The notes: a model not told the origin generated them from the letters alone. A DNA stretch of 64,000 nucleotides from a virus (IMGVR_UViG_3300009130_000022:4954-68953), one strand, 5' to 3'. Positions 34,863 to 44,560 are shown, numbered from the stretch's first letter. Translations and numbers: made by a program.

Positions 34863-35648
34863 CTATAAAATTGTTTTGCTTTCTAAAATTGCTTCTTCGA
34901 ATGTTTTGGACTTTAGTCTTATGGTTTTATAAAGTAATTCTTGGGTCTTTTTTCCTGCTGTTATCTTCATTGATTTACTAGACCAAACTGTTCTGCCGTC
35001 TTTTTTGCCGCTTTTTAATTGGCGTGGCATTGGAACTCTTGGTATATTTTTATCGAACTCATATTTTGTCCCCACTGTTTTTTGGGACTGCTTTTTTATT
35101 TTATAATGATAGGTGCCTTTTTCAGGGTTAACGTATAAAAGGGGATAGCCAGTTCCTTTCAAGGGTGGCTCCCTGTAGGAGAGACGCTTTGCGTTACTAT
35201 TCCATTCTACAGAGGACTTAACTGAGAAAAATTTTCTTTTTAATTTAGCTTTCCTTAATTTACCGCAGGAGTCTTCTATTAGTTCGTTGATTTTTTCTTC
35301 TTCTAGTAATCTGTTGTTTGAATCATAACAGCGAAACTTTTTGTAAAAAAAGACTTCACCATATGAGTCATCAACGGTTAAGTCTTTCAGGGAAACGTGT
35401 TTAACGCGCTCTCTAGCGGCAGGGCTGCTAGATTTAAGCCTAAAGAGCCAAACTGTCGCCTTCTTGACTGCTTCGATTCTATTATAACAACTAAAAATCT
35501 TTGTCCACACAAACCCATCGCCTCTAAGGAGAATGTTAACTCCAGCAGCTTGAGACTTTCTGGTGGGAGAAATGTAATCGTTTATATTTAAAGTGGCTAA
35601 ATAGCTACGGCGAGGACGAGCCTCTTCGTTTTTTATTTTGTTTTTCAT
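34863..35648 (-). CDS. Hypothetical basic protein
   Basis: 261-aa ORF. Confidence 0.7.
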   Translation of the reverse strand: MKNKIKNEEARPRRSYLATLNINDYISPTRKSQAAGVNILLRGDGFVWTKIFSCYNRIEAVKKATVWLFRLKSSSPAARERVKHVSLKDLTVDDSYGEVFFYKKFRCYDSNNRLLEEEKINELIEDSCGKLRKAKLKRKFFSVKSSVEWNSNAKRLSYREPPLKGTGYPLLYVNPEKGTYHYKIKKQSQKTVGTKYEFDKNIPRVPMPRQLKSGKKDGRTVWSSKSMKITAGKKTQELLYKTIRLKSKTFEEAILESKTIL

Positions 35649-36388
35649 TTCTCTAAGATTGGGTTGGTTTTTGTTTTTTCTACATCGTCTTCGTAGGAGC
35701 TGTCTGAACCTTTGTCCTCACCTGCAAGGCTGACTTTAAAATTTGGGTTTAGCTTGCCTGCTATAACGTTAGTTTGGTACGTCGCCTTTAGGAAGGCGGT
35801 ATTCTTAAAACTGGCAAGAGGAGGCTTGCCCCATCCAACAGTTATTTCCAAATCGTCATTTCCGGCAACTGACTCCATAAGCCCTCGGAGCTTATTTGCG
35901 GCATCAAAAGTGACCTCTGTTCCTGCTAGATGGAGCTTCCTTAAGCTACTCAAGCCCGTTAAATAATCTAATCCTTTATCTGTCACGGAAGTATCGTAAA
36001 GATTAAGTCTTTCAAGTCTGGGGAGGTTCTCTGCTATCTTCTTGCAGGCCAAGTCTGTAATAAGCCTATTTCCAGACAAATTTAGAAACCTGAGTTCATC
36101 TTGGCCTTTTAGAGAATCTATGGCGTTATGGGTAAGCTCTCCTTTTCTGGCCACAAGTTGATATATTTTTTTATTACCTATTTCTTTTATCGCTTGGGTA
36201 AAGTCATCGTCGTTCAACTTCACCCTGTCCGCAACATCCTCGGCATAAACCTCTTCCCTCATCAAAAAATAATAGAGGTCAGGGTTTACTTTGGAAATAG
36301 ACATGAATAAACCGTCATATTTGTCTATGGTGCGGTACTCTTGAGCCGAAAGGGAAATGGCTGCTGCGAATAATAATATATATTTCAT
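35645..36388 (-). CDS. Secreted leucine-rich-repeat protein (PVC-type)
   Basis: Signal peptide; LRFLNLSGN, LERLNLYDTSVTDKGL, LRKLHLAGTEVT. Confidence 0.8.
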   Translation of the reverse strand: MKYILLFAAAISLSAQEYRTIDKYDGLFMSISKVNPDLYYFLMREEVYAEDVADRVKLNDDDFTQAIKEIGNKKIYQLVARKGELTHNAIDSLKGQDELRFLNLSGNRLITDLACKKIAENLPRLERLNLYDTSVTDKGLDYLTGLSSLRKLHLAGTEVTFDAANKLRGLMESVAGNDDLEITVGWGKPPLASFKNTAFLKATYQTNVIAGKLNPNFKVSLAGEDKGSDSSYEDDVEKTKTNPILEK

Positions 36389-36391
36389 AAG

Positions 36392-36619
36392 TTAGTCCAT
36401 TATTTGTATTTTGTAGCTATTTGTTTCTACGTCGACAGGATTAAAAAAATCAAGATTATCCTTTTGTATATATTCGGCAAGGATCTTGGTTGGGTCAGGA
36501 GGAAGCTCTTTGTTTAGCTTTTCCTCTAGCTCTGGTATTAGCTCTGCAACATCGTCATCGACTTTTGCTCCCATAACGACTCCATTTTTGCTGCTCCATG
36601 TAATTATGATGCGTTTCAT
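36392..36619 (-). CDS. Hypothetical protein
   Basis: Coupled ORF. Confidence 0.6.
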   Translation of the reverse strand: MKRIIITWSSKNGVVMGAKVDDDVAELIPELEEKLNKELPPDPTKILAEYIQKDNLDFFNPVDVETNSYKIQIMD

Positions 36620-36951
36620 AAGTTCTTTATATCTTCGTATTTAAAAAAGTCTTCTGTGTTAATAACCTTATCGCAAATAAATAGATCATAATTACGTTTA
36701 CCTAAAAAAACATCGGTATATTTTACGTTCCATGAATCTAGCTGTTCTTTCGTCAACTTCGTCAAGGTCTCTATCCTCTCTTTGTCGTCTAGTCGACTGC
36801 TCCCTCTAGCTGTCCAGTAGAAAATTTCGTGCCCTCTATCATACAATTCGTTTATTCTCCTTATCCGTTTGTAAATAGGAACAGACTCCAAATAGTTCCT
36901 GTTCTCAGGAGTATTACAGATGGTTTCGTCGATGTCAACATATATTCTCAT
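36616..36951 (-). CDS. HAD-family phosphatase (capsule/sugar-phosphate type)
   Basis: YVDIDETI, WTARG, K..YDLFICDK. Confidence 0.85.
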   Translation of the reverse strand: MRIYVDIDETICNTPENRNYLESVPIYKRIRRINELYDRGHEIFYWTARGSSRLDDKERIETLTKLTKEQLDSWNVKYTDVFLGKRNYDLFICDKVINTEDFFKYEDIKNL

Positions 36952-38888
36952 TATTTAATCGGGCAAACGCCACCCTCGCACTCTAATCCCTCTAAAGTTT
37001 GTCCATTGCCGATTTTAACAGAGGAAACCTTTTTAATTCCAGTTGACAATAAATCGTATTGCTTTTTTTCTATCTCCTCATAAGGAGCTTGCTCAAACCC
37101 ATGGTCTTGATGAAGCAGAAAAGAAACGCTTTTAATGTTATTTTTGTAGTTTTTACGTAACCACTCTTTTATTTCTTCTAGTTCGTCTCTCTTGTAATAC
37201 ACGGTACAAGAGACAGCGTTATCCGACCATTCTTTCTGTATTTGTTTAACTAAGTCTAGTTGATCGGTCGCCTTCATATCTTTTGCTAGCTTGGCGTTCT
37301 TCCCTGACTCGCAAGGGAACTCAACAATCACTGTGTCACGGTTTAATGAACCGTCGAAGTTTTTAACATATTCAACAGTATAGCCCATGTCTTTACATGT
37401 TTCAACAAGGGCATCCTGACTAGACATCCTAACACGACGAATATAATACCGAGAATAAGCTGGATGAACGCCCGGAGTTGCTCCAGCAAGTAAACTTAAT
37501 GTCCCGCTGGGTTTAACGGTTGTAAGTTTGATGCTCTCTGGCCATCCTTGTTTTTTGCTCCACTCTTTGTCGAAGGCTTTAAGCGCTTTGTAGCAGTCGT
37601 CTAGCCACTCTAGTTTTTTACCTTCTAAGCTCTGGCAAATTCCCGTAATGCCTTGTCCTATTCTGAAATTTTTATGAACAATTTTATTTGTGTCCTCGTG
37701 GATGAACGGCAGAGAGCAAATTGCTTTCTGCGTTTTGTATATTAACTTCGAGCATTCTATGAGTTCTTGTTTGGACTCTATATTGTTCAAGTATAGCTCC
37801 GCTAGATTGCAGCATTCTTTATCAGCTAAAGAAATTTCTCCGCAGGGGTTTGTCCCTTCGCAGTTTTCCCTGCTCTTTTCCCCTGTTCTGCCAAATTTAG
37901 AACTCAAAGCTACATTAAAAAACCCATATGGCTCACCATTTCCTCCATACCCGTCCCATACTCCTTCGGCAATATGATCGTAGCTGTCGCAATATATGGT
38001 GTTGTTGCTCATCGCTCTCCAGTTAGGAATATTCCCCAAATCCCACCTTTTAGCTTTTATATATAAGTAATCGTCAGGGTCTCCTAGCGCAATTTCAGCA
38101 GAACGTCTCACATTGCCAGCTACAACTACGGAGCCAATAATGTTAGCGATATCAAGAACATCAATACTACGAAGTTTTTTACCTTCTCTCTCTTTTACGA
38201 CTCCGCTTATTTTTTTTATCCCATCTATTAAAATCTCTGGCCCGCTGGCAGTACCTCCGAAACCATGAATAGGCTTGCCCGCGCTTCTAACCAAAACCGT
38301 AGAATAATCAAAAGACTCCCCTGTTACAAAATACGAATGCAACACCTTGGAAAGAAGCCTTACCCATCCTTCTCTGCTGTCTGGAACAATGAAATCCGCA
38401 TCATTGGTATTCTTGACTGTAATATTGACCCCTCTCTTAATCCTTGGGAGTTCGTGAATATCCTCTCGTCGAATAGAGTAGCCTACTCCGCCTCCCAACA
38501 TTAAGTTCTCGAAAACGAAACAAAAATCATCGGGCTTTTTAATGGCGGTAAACCAACAATTAAGAAGGCTGTTTCCCCCAAATCTGTCAACCGTTGAGGT
38601 TCCTAGCTGCCAAAGTCCTCTCCCTGCGAAATTACATTTAAGATTAAAAACTAAATCAAATAACTTCTCAGCTTCTTTCTTTGTATACCCAGCTCCTATG
38701 TCTTGAGCGCCGTTAATACATCTAGCTATCGTTTCGGGCCATTCTTCAAGAAGGCCATCGTCTTTTACTCTTGAGTATGTTCTTTTGTAGACTATATAGC
38801 CTAAGCCATTAAATCCCCATTTTGGTTGTTTGTTTTTGTATTTTTTTAGAAAGTCTGCTGAAAGTATCTCGTCCTTAGTTTTAGTCAT
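36951..38888 (-). CDS. nrdJ: Class II (B12-dependent) monomeric ribonucleotide reductase
   Basis: AGRGLWQLG, NCWF, GNVRRSA, TNPCGEI, CNLAE, TTVKPSGT, C-terminal CEGGVCPIK. Confidence 0.92.
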   Translation of the reverse strand: MTKTKDEILSADFLKKYKNKQPKWGFNGLGYIVYKRTYSRVKDDGLLEEWPETIARCINGAQDIGAGYTKKEAEKLFDLVFNLKCNFAGRGLWQLGTSTVDRFGGNSLLNCWFTAIKKPDDFCFVFENLMLGGGVGYSIRREDIHELPRIKRGVNITVKNTNDADFIVPDSREGWVRLLSKVLHSYFVTGESFDYSTVLVRSAGKPIHGFGGTASGPEILIDGIKKISGVVKEREGKKLRSIDVLDIANIIGSVVVAGNVRRSAEIALGDPDDYLYIKAKRWDLGNIPNWRAMSNNTIYCDSYDHIAEGVWDGYGGNGEPYGFFNVALSSKFGRTGEKSRENCEGTNPCGEISLADKECCNLAELYLNNIESKQELIECSKLIYKTQKAICSLPFIHEDTNKIVHKNFRIGQGITGICQSLEGKKLEWLDDCYKALKAFDKEWSKKQGWPESIKLTTVKPSGTLSLLAGATPGVHPAYSRYYIRRVRMSSQDALVETCKDMGYTVEYVKNFDGSLNRDTVIVEFPCESGKNAKLAKDMKATDQLDLVKQIQKEWSDNAVSCTVYYKRDELEEIKEWLRKNYKNNIKSVSFLLHQDHGFEQAPYEEIEKKQYDLLSTGIKKVSSVKIGNGQTLEGLECEGGVCPIK

Positions 38889-38941
38889 TTTTGTCTTGTT
38901 TTGTCCGCGTTATATTACATTAAAAATGGTCTTATTTCTAG

Positions 38942-38978
38942 AAAAAAATAGCATGGGGCCTATTTCGGTCCCATGCTA
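38942..38978 (-). terminator. Intrinsic terminator of hsp20
   Basis: TAGCATGGG/CCCATGCTA stem plus T7. Confidence 0.85.
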
Positions 38979-38999
38979 CTGAGCAATGTGTAGTCTAAA

Positions 39000-39383
39000 T
39001 CAATTTACTTTAACGGTAACGGGTTTTGAATCGCCCGCTTTATCGATTTTAACGGTTAACAAGCCGTCTTTTAGCGACGCGTCGACCGCAGAAATGTCTA
39101 CCCCTCTAGGGAGTTGGAACCTTTCCGTGACCTTACGCTCTTTGTCGCCTTTAGTAGAACCTCTGACCACCAAAAATTTACCTTCGGAAATCTCAAGTTC
39201 TACATCTTTCTTACCAAAGCCAGCCATCTCAAGCTCTAAGCTATAGTTGTCGCCGTTATCAGTAAAACAATTTATTCTGCGCGGCCTAGTCTCCGTCAAG
39301 ACAGAATCCCAAAAGGGGACAAACGCTTCCAAAGCGCTGTCGACTAATGCCTCTCCTCTATTTTTGAATAATACTGTATCCAT
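39000..39383 (-). CDS. Hsp20/alpha-crystallin small heat-shock protein
   Basis: LEMAGFGKKDVE, F.LP..VD...A.LKDGLLTV. Confidence 0.9.
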   Translation of the reverse strand: MDTVLFKNRGEALVDSALEAFVPFWDSVLTETRPRRINCFTDNGDNYSLELEMAGFGKKDVELEISEGKFLVVRGSTKGDKERKVTERFQLPRGVDISAVDASLKDGLLTVKIDKAGDSKPVTVKVN

Positions 39384-39396
39384 AGTTAATTATTAT

Positions 39397-39413
39397 AGCA
39401 AGTGTTATGCCAA
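39397..39413 (-). promoter_or_regulatory. sigma54 (-24/-12) promoter of hsp20
   Basis: TTGGCATAACACTTGCT (GG-N10-GC). Confidence 0.7.
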
Positions 39414-39491
39414 GTGATTTATGCCTTGTTTGTTAAGGTTTTTTAATATATGAGTCAGTGTGACACGGTTGTTGTCTCAGCTCTCTGTCAC

Positions 39492-40085
39492 TCATTGTGC
39501 CTCATTGTCCCTAATGAAATTAATGCAAGTTAACCTTCCGTTACGAGTATTATCGCCAAAATATACGTTAGATTTATGAAACTCATGAGGAAGGTACACC
39601 AAAGCTTTGTTGTAAACATTGGAAGATTCATGAATTACATTGTAATCGTTTGGATCTCCCGGTATATCTCCATCGTTTTCAGATTCTAACTGTTCAATTG
39701 TCTTGCCGTCCTTACGCTCGTAAAACAATGTGCCTGCAGAAGCGGGAGCATTAGGGGTAAGGTAAACAATACAAACATGAGTCCATCCTTGCTTCATTAT
39801 ATCATGATGAACCCAGCTCTCTCCATCTGACTCGTAACAAAACTGGAAGAAGGACTCGAAATAAACTGATCTCGGAAGATCCCAATTTTGTGTTTTATAG
39901 AAGCTTCTGACGATTTGGTCAAAAACATCATTATCTATAGCCGAAATATAATTAGTTCTAAGCCCCGGCCAATTTCCTCCTTCCGGATGATCATGCGCAG
40001 CCCAAACTGGATGGTTAAAGACTGACTCTCTTATTGCGTCAGGGTTTTCGAAGAAGCCGTCTATTTCTAAAAATCTTTTGTTCAT
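39492..40085 (-). CDS. 2OG-Fe(II) oxygenase (DUF6445-like)
   Basis: NWPGLRT, WVHHD, VYLTP, GT.FY, YN, H. Confidence 0.8.
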   Translation of the reverse strand: MNKRFLEIDGFFENPDAIRESVFNHPVWAAHDHPEGGNWPGLRTNYISAIDNDVFDQIVRSFYKTQNWDLPRSVYFESFFQFCYESDGESWVHHDIMKQGWTHVCIVYLTPNAPASAGTLFYERKDGKTIEQLESENDGDIPGDPNDYNVIHESSNVYNKALVYLPHEFHKSNVYFGDNTRNGRLTCINFIRDNEAQ

Positions 40086-40092
40086 TTTTTGT

Positions 40093-40818
40093 TTATTTTT
40101 TGTTTTTTATTCTGGATATAAGCTCAAATATTTTTGTTTTGTCTATATTATTTACACTATCTAACTCCTCAGCGTCAGGATAACCTTCAGCTATTAGCTT
40201 TTTCTTAACCGAGTCGAAAGAAACCCCTTTTTGCTTCATAGCATCAGCCAATATCTGGGAAGGCTCATTAGAGGAAGAAGCAGTAGCGCCGCCGTTTGAA
40301 AATGGATTACCAGAAGGGTTATTTGACAACTCTTCAGCGGATACTATGTTGACTCTTAGGAAATTCCTAATGCAACGACAGAAGGCTCTGTTTTCAGCCA
40401 TCTCCGCCAAATAGAGCTTGCCAAAATCTTTCGTGTTGTTTAGGGAGGTACTGGCTAAAGACTGAAAAGAGACCTCTCTACCCTCTGTTTCGAAATTAGG
40501 AAGCCAGTTAATCGTACAAGAAACGCACACATAATGTTCCGCAGCAGAAAATACATTGTAGCTAACTTTTGTATACCCCCTTATTTGAGCCAAGTCCTTT
40601 AGTCCTGCTAGTAGAATAATAAGATCTCTGTCTTGGAGATTTTCGATATTCGATTCCTTTGTCCTGTCTCTATTGGGGACAAGGAATTCGGGTTTAACCA
40701 TTTTTCTCCAGTCGATTAGCCCGTTGTCTTCGTATATATAATCAATACCAGAAAGCAGGCCCATCCCATCTCTCTCTTGTGTCGATGCTTTCGACGTTTT
40801 CCTTTTCGCAGCTACCAT
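40093..40818 (-). CDS. Putative single-strand annealing protein (Rad52/Sak-like)
   Basis: LLAGLKDLAQIRG, AEMAENRAFCRCIR..VSAEEL. Confidence 0.45.
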   Translation of the reverse strand: MVAAKRKTSKASTQERDGMGLLSGIDYIYEDNGLIDWRKMVKPEFLVPNRDRTKESNIENLQDRDLIILLAGLKDLAQIRGYTKVSYNVFSAAEHYVCVSCTINWLPNFETEGREVSFQSLASTSLNNTKDFGKLYLAEMAENRAFCRCIRNFLRVNIVSAEELSNNPSGNPFSNGGATASSSNEPSQILADAMKQKGVSFDSVKKKLIAEGYPDAEELDSVNNIDKTKIFELISRIKNKK

Positions 40819-40824
40819 TCTGTT

Positions 40825-40853
40825 ATCATAACTGATTTGGGGTTAAAAGTCAA
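40825..40853 (-). promoter_or_regulatory. sigma70-like promoter (leaderless)
   Basis: TTGACT-17(tttaaccccaaatcagt)-TATGAT. Confidence 0.85.
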
Positions 40854-42052
40854 GCCCTTTTCTTAAGTATTCTAACATGATCTAAGTCTTTGAAGAATAT
40901 AGGTTTATCTGGTATTTTATGTAATACAGAGGCGTCCATTTTTTCGCAAGACTCGCCAGCCTCAAAAGCCGCTTGACTAGGATAGAATTTACCTTTATGA
41001 ATTAAAAACTTATTAGACTGATAAAAAAGATCTTTAATGTTTTCGTTCTTTAATTGTCGAACGTCGTCTTGGACTTTCTTCTCTACCGCAGTAACTTTGG
41101 GATAGTCCAAAAATTTAAACTTTATATTATCAAGTTTATCACCTGTTTCTTCTGTAGCTAAATTGCATCTGATGCCGCAAGAAACGACGTCGTTATGAAA
41201 GTTAGGGGAAGAATCTTCGTCAACAATATATACTATGGTGTCTATGTTTTTTCTGTGGGCCTTCAGCGTACTAGTGGGTATCACCCTTCTCGTTATGACT
41301 GTATACTTGCCTTCTACGGAAAGTTGAGCTTCTAATGTACTGTTTGTTATTTCTATCTTAGGTTTTTTTATGTCTAAGCGCAAGTAAACAGATTGTTTGC
41401 CCATGTTGCCTATTTTAATAATCTCCTCCGGAACCGCCTCAACTATTCCTATATGAAAATATTGACCAGTAACAATAGTCTCGTAATCATAAGAAAAATC
41501 TATGTCTAAAAGTTTACAAATAGAAGCGGCTATTTCCTCGGGTTTAATTGTGTTAATTGTTTTAGGAACTTCGTTTGCCCCGTATGTAGGCTTATCTCCT
41601 TCTTTATCTGATTCGATTAATATAACATCCTCATCATTAGACCAATAAGGTCTGGAGTGACTAGGATACATATTAGAATACAAAGAAACTATTTTAGTGT
41701 TTAGCCCCGAGGCTAAATGAATAGGAAAGCTGTCAGCGCCAACATGAAGCATAGCTCGCTTCATTATGTAAGCTAATTGATTAAATGAAGTTTTTCCTAA
41801 TAGGTTTTTACATTTTTGCACTGGCTTCTCCTTGTCTGTGCCTATTTGTAAAATATCTATGCCTTCTTTATCTAATACTGGTTTTAAGATCCTAATAACG
41901 GAGTCCCAGTGATCATACTGTCTAGAGTCGAACTTACAACAATGGTGCAAAGTAATAAACTTATCACTCTCTAGCGGGTAGTATTTCTCGTAGATAAACG
42001 GCTCGCTTATTTTAAGACAAGTATTAGTTGCGTATGCTTCTAGGATATGCAT
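40850..42052 (-). CDS. GT9-like (heptosyltransferase) C-terminal domain plus unknown domain
   Basis: LQIG, LLGKTSFNQLAYI..A.LHVGADSFPIHLASG. Confidence 0.75.
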   Translation of the reverse strand: MHILEAYATNTCLKISEPFIYEKYYPLESDKFITLHHCCKFDSRQYDHWDSVIRILKPVLDKEGIDILQIGTDKEKPVQKCKNLLGKTSFNQLAYIMKRAMLHVGADSFPIHLASGLNTKIVSLYSNMYPSHSRPYWSNDEDVILIESDKEGDKPTYGANEVPKTINTIKPEEIAASICKLLDIDFSYDYETIVTGQYFHIGIVEAVPEEIIKIGNMGKQSVYLRLDIKKPKIEITNSTLEAQLSVEGKYTVITRRVIPTSTLKAHRKNIDTIVYIVDEDSSPNFHNDVVSCGIRCNLATEETGDKLDNIKFKFLDYPKVTAVEKKVQDDVRQLKNENIKDLFYQSNKFLIHKGKFYPSQAAFEAGESCEKMDASVLHKIPDKPIFFKDLDHVRILKKRA

Positions 42053-43977
42053 TTTAAATCAAAATCTATAATCTCTTTGCTATCGTTATGGTGATAGGTA
42101 AACTGTCTTTGTGTGGTTACAAATGGCAAAAAGGCTATCTCAAACCATCCTTCGTGTGCGCCCTCTCCTTCTAGAAAGTGCAAATTTTCCATACGGATAT
42201 CGTAAGGCAAAAATTTATGTACATAAGGGTTGCCAGCTAGTATATCTTTAAATTGGGACTTGCAAGAAAAATAGAAATTGTAATCCGGATAAAGCCTTTT
42301 GATACTCGGGAAAAGACTGGTAGCCATATAGACGTCTCCAGCGCTTTCTGGAATAACCATCAGAATACGTTTGCCTTGATCATCCTCGTCTAATAATGAT
42401 TCAAAATTATTTTTTTCGCTCTTTCGTATATTTTCAGCAGCGGTCTGCCTAAAGAATTGCTCTACGTGTTCTCTGGAGTGTTTTTGGGACTCTAGTCTAG
42501 CCATCCAGTATTTGTGACCATCATCGTCTTCGTCAACATGGTACATCTTGAGGATTCTGTGATAAGCTTGAATAAGCCACTCTCCGTCATTTTTTATTCC
42601 CTTCGGCATTTCTGCTCTGGGGTCAGCAAGCTCTTCTTCTTCGTTGAAGGCGTCATCCTCAACGAATGGGGCAGATTCTATAAAATCAGAAATCCATTTG
42701 GCTATTACTGGCGTATCAAAGTTTTTCAAAACCCACTTTCTTCCTGTCTTCCCGATTTTGGATCTTTCGTCCTCTGACATGTCGAAAACTTTTTGTAATT
42801 GATCTCTGATCGAATCTGGCTTTGTAGAAGCTTTCCTAAATTCTGTACCTTGCTCTCTATACTCTGACCAGTCCAAGGGCAACGAAGCCGCTTCTTCCAC
42901 GCAAGAATCCTCCCCGCAGCTATAATTAGTCACTAATGTAACTAGCTCGGCTAGTTTGGCTTCTTGGATCGGAATCTCCTGACCACCGCTAGTGAATGGG
43001 TGGCAATAAACATCCATCAAATTATAAATTTCATTAAGCTGACTCTCGCTTACTCCATTACCTATATTGGTTGTGTTTACAGAACTCTCCGCTCCGCAGA
43101 AGTCACACTTTAAGTTCTCCTTTGTGTATTCCGAAACTTTATAGTTTTTGCACTTCTTGCAGACATAGGTTGTTATTATGTCTTCTTTAGGAACATTATA
43201 TTCCTTGGCCAGCTTCATAATACCCCATCCTTCTTGAAAGTAAGTATGCAAAAGAAGCTTTGTTTTCGCTTTCGGATTATTCTTTTTAAACATCGAATAG
43301 CCCTCTAGAAGGTTCGGAACAGATTTTCTCAACTGGTTCCTAAATACAAAGCCAACAATAAAATGGTCGTCCAAATTAAATTTTTTTCTGAAACCTGTTC
43401 TTTCGTCTAGTCTTTTGAAGTGCTTACAATCAACCGCACCCCTAAGTGTTAATACGTGATCATGTCCGAGCTTCCTAAGCTCTTTGGTTGCAAAATCACT
43501 CCATATCCAGTAGTTCTCAACCTTCTTGGCTGTCTTAACGGCTGAAGGCAAAATAGGAAGAGAGTCTAAAGTCGTCCATATACATGAAGTTGTTTTATTA
43601 AACCATTTTTTAGAAACGGCAAAATCAACACCCCATATATCCTGCACGGCTATATAAACATCTGGCTTAAAGTCGTTAACTACCTTGTCTAAATAATAAG
43701 AACCGTAATTGATGGCTCTCTCGGTTGCGGGGTCTCCCTTAGAAGCCCTTTTTCTTTCGTTCTCGTCCTCTGGCATGCACCCTATGCTTTTCCAAGGTGT
43801 TTTCGATAGCTGGATGTGTTTGTGCTGTATGCCGCAGCAATAATGTAAAATTTCGTATTTCCCTGTTTTGTGGAGATGAGAGAGAAGAGTTCTGGCATTT
43901 CTGCCAAAACCAGTCTTCATCAGAACAAAGTCGCTTTGGAATAGCAGGCGCTTTTTTCTACCAGCCTTCTTCGTCAT
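42040..43977 (-). CDS. GT4 glycosyltransferase with Zn-ribbon insert, DUF4214-like and GT9 N-terminal domains
   Basis: TGFGR, GFVFRNQLRK, DVYCHPFTSGGQEIPIQEA; AYHRIL..D.DG..YW; IPESAGDVYMATSL. Confidence 0.8.
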   Translation of the reverse strand: MTKKAGRKKRLLFQSDFVLMKTGFGRNARTLLSHLHKTGKYEILHYCCGIQHKHIQLSKTPWKSIGCMPEDENERKRASKGDPATERAINYGSYYLDKVVNDFKPDVYIAVQDIWGVDFAVSKKWFNKTTSCIWTTLDSLPILPSAVKTAKKVENYWIWSDFATKELRKLGHDHVLTLRGAVDCKHFKRLDERTGFRKKFNLDDHFIVGFVFRNQLRKSVPNLLEGYSMFKKNNPKAKTKLLLHTYFQEGWGIMKLAKEYNVPKEDIITTYVCKKCKNYKVSEYTKENLKCDFCGAESSVNTTNIGNGVSESQLNEIYNLMDVYCHPFTSGGQEIPIQEAKLAELVTLVTNYSCGEDSCVEEAASLPLDWSEYREQGTEFRKASTKPDSIRDQLQKVFDMSEDERSKIGKTGRKWVLKNFDTPVIAKWISDFIESAPFVEDDAFNEEEELADPRAEMPKGIKNDGEWLIQAYHRILKMYHVDEDDDGHKYWMARLESQKHSREHVEQFFRQTAAENIRKSEKNNFESLLDEDDQGKRILMVIPESAGDVYMATSLFPSIKRLYPDYNFYFSCKSQFKDILAGNPYVHKFLPYDIRMENLHFLEGEGAHEGWFEIAFLPFVTTQRQFTYHHNDSKEIIDFDLKCIS

Positions 43978-44560
43978 CTAAAATATCTTTAGCTTCTAGG
44001 GGTTTAGGGGCGGGAGCAGGGGCAGAAGCAGGAGCAGAAGGCTCAAGCTTTGTGTCGGCTTGCTCTGCTTGGTCTTCATATTTTTCTTTGGACTCCTTAT
44101 CTTGTTGTTCGAACATAGAATTAAGAGAATAAATTAAATACTGTTTTAGCATTCTCGCCTCGGGGTAAGTTAAGCCAATTATAAAATTAGCTTTGTTTGT
44201 GGAATCTTCTTTATCCTCCTTATTTACAGAATAGGAAAACCCAACTTGGTGTCCGTCTTTCAGATAAGGCTTAAAGTTAAATTTAGTAACCTGTTTAGAT
44301 GTGCTGTGATAAGCCGAGAAAGGTCTGTTTGTTTCTATAGAGTCCAAAATTGCAGCCGCCTCGGTCTGGTTAAACTTAAACTGGGTGCTGGCATTAGGTT
44401 TCTCCTTGTTCGCTTTAAAAGAGCCGGTTTTGGTTTTGTCGTTCCAGCTGCTTTGTTTAATAAAGGAGCCGAAAATAGCAGATTCTTTTGCGTTGCACCA
44501 AAAAGAACACGCGCTGCCGCTGACTTTGGGGTTAGGTTTGTAGTACTGTATCCTTGCCAT
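43958..44560 (-). CDS. Putative ssDNA-binding protein, Whirly/PUR-like fold with acidic tail
   Basis: Internal pseudo-repeat F/LxxxEA; Pro/Ala linker; DDEEGW terminus; next to dnaE. Confidence 0.55.
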   Translation of the reverse strand: MARIQYYKPNPKVSGSACSFWCNAKESAIFGSFIKQSSWNDKTKTGSFKANKEKPNASTQFKFNQTEAAAILDSIETNRPFSAYHSTSKQVTKFNFKPYLKDGHQVGFSYSVNKEDKEDSTNKANFIIGLTYPEARMLKQYLIYSLNSMFEQQDKESKEKYEDQAEQADTKLEPSAPASAPAPAPKPLEAKDILDDEEGW

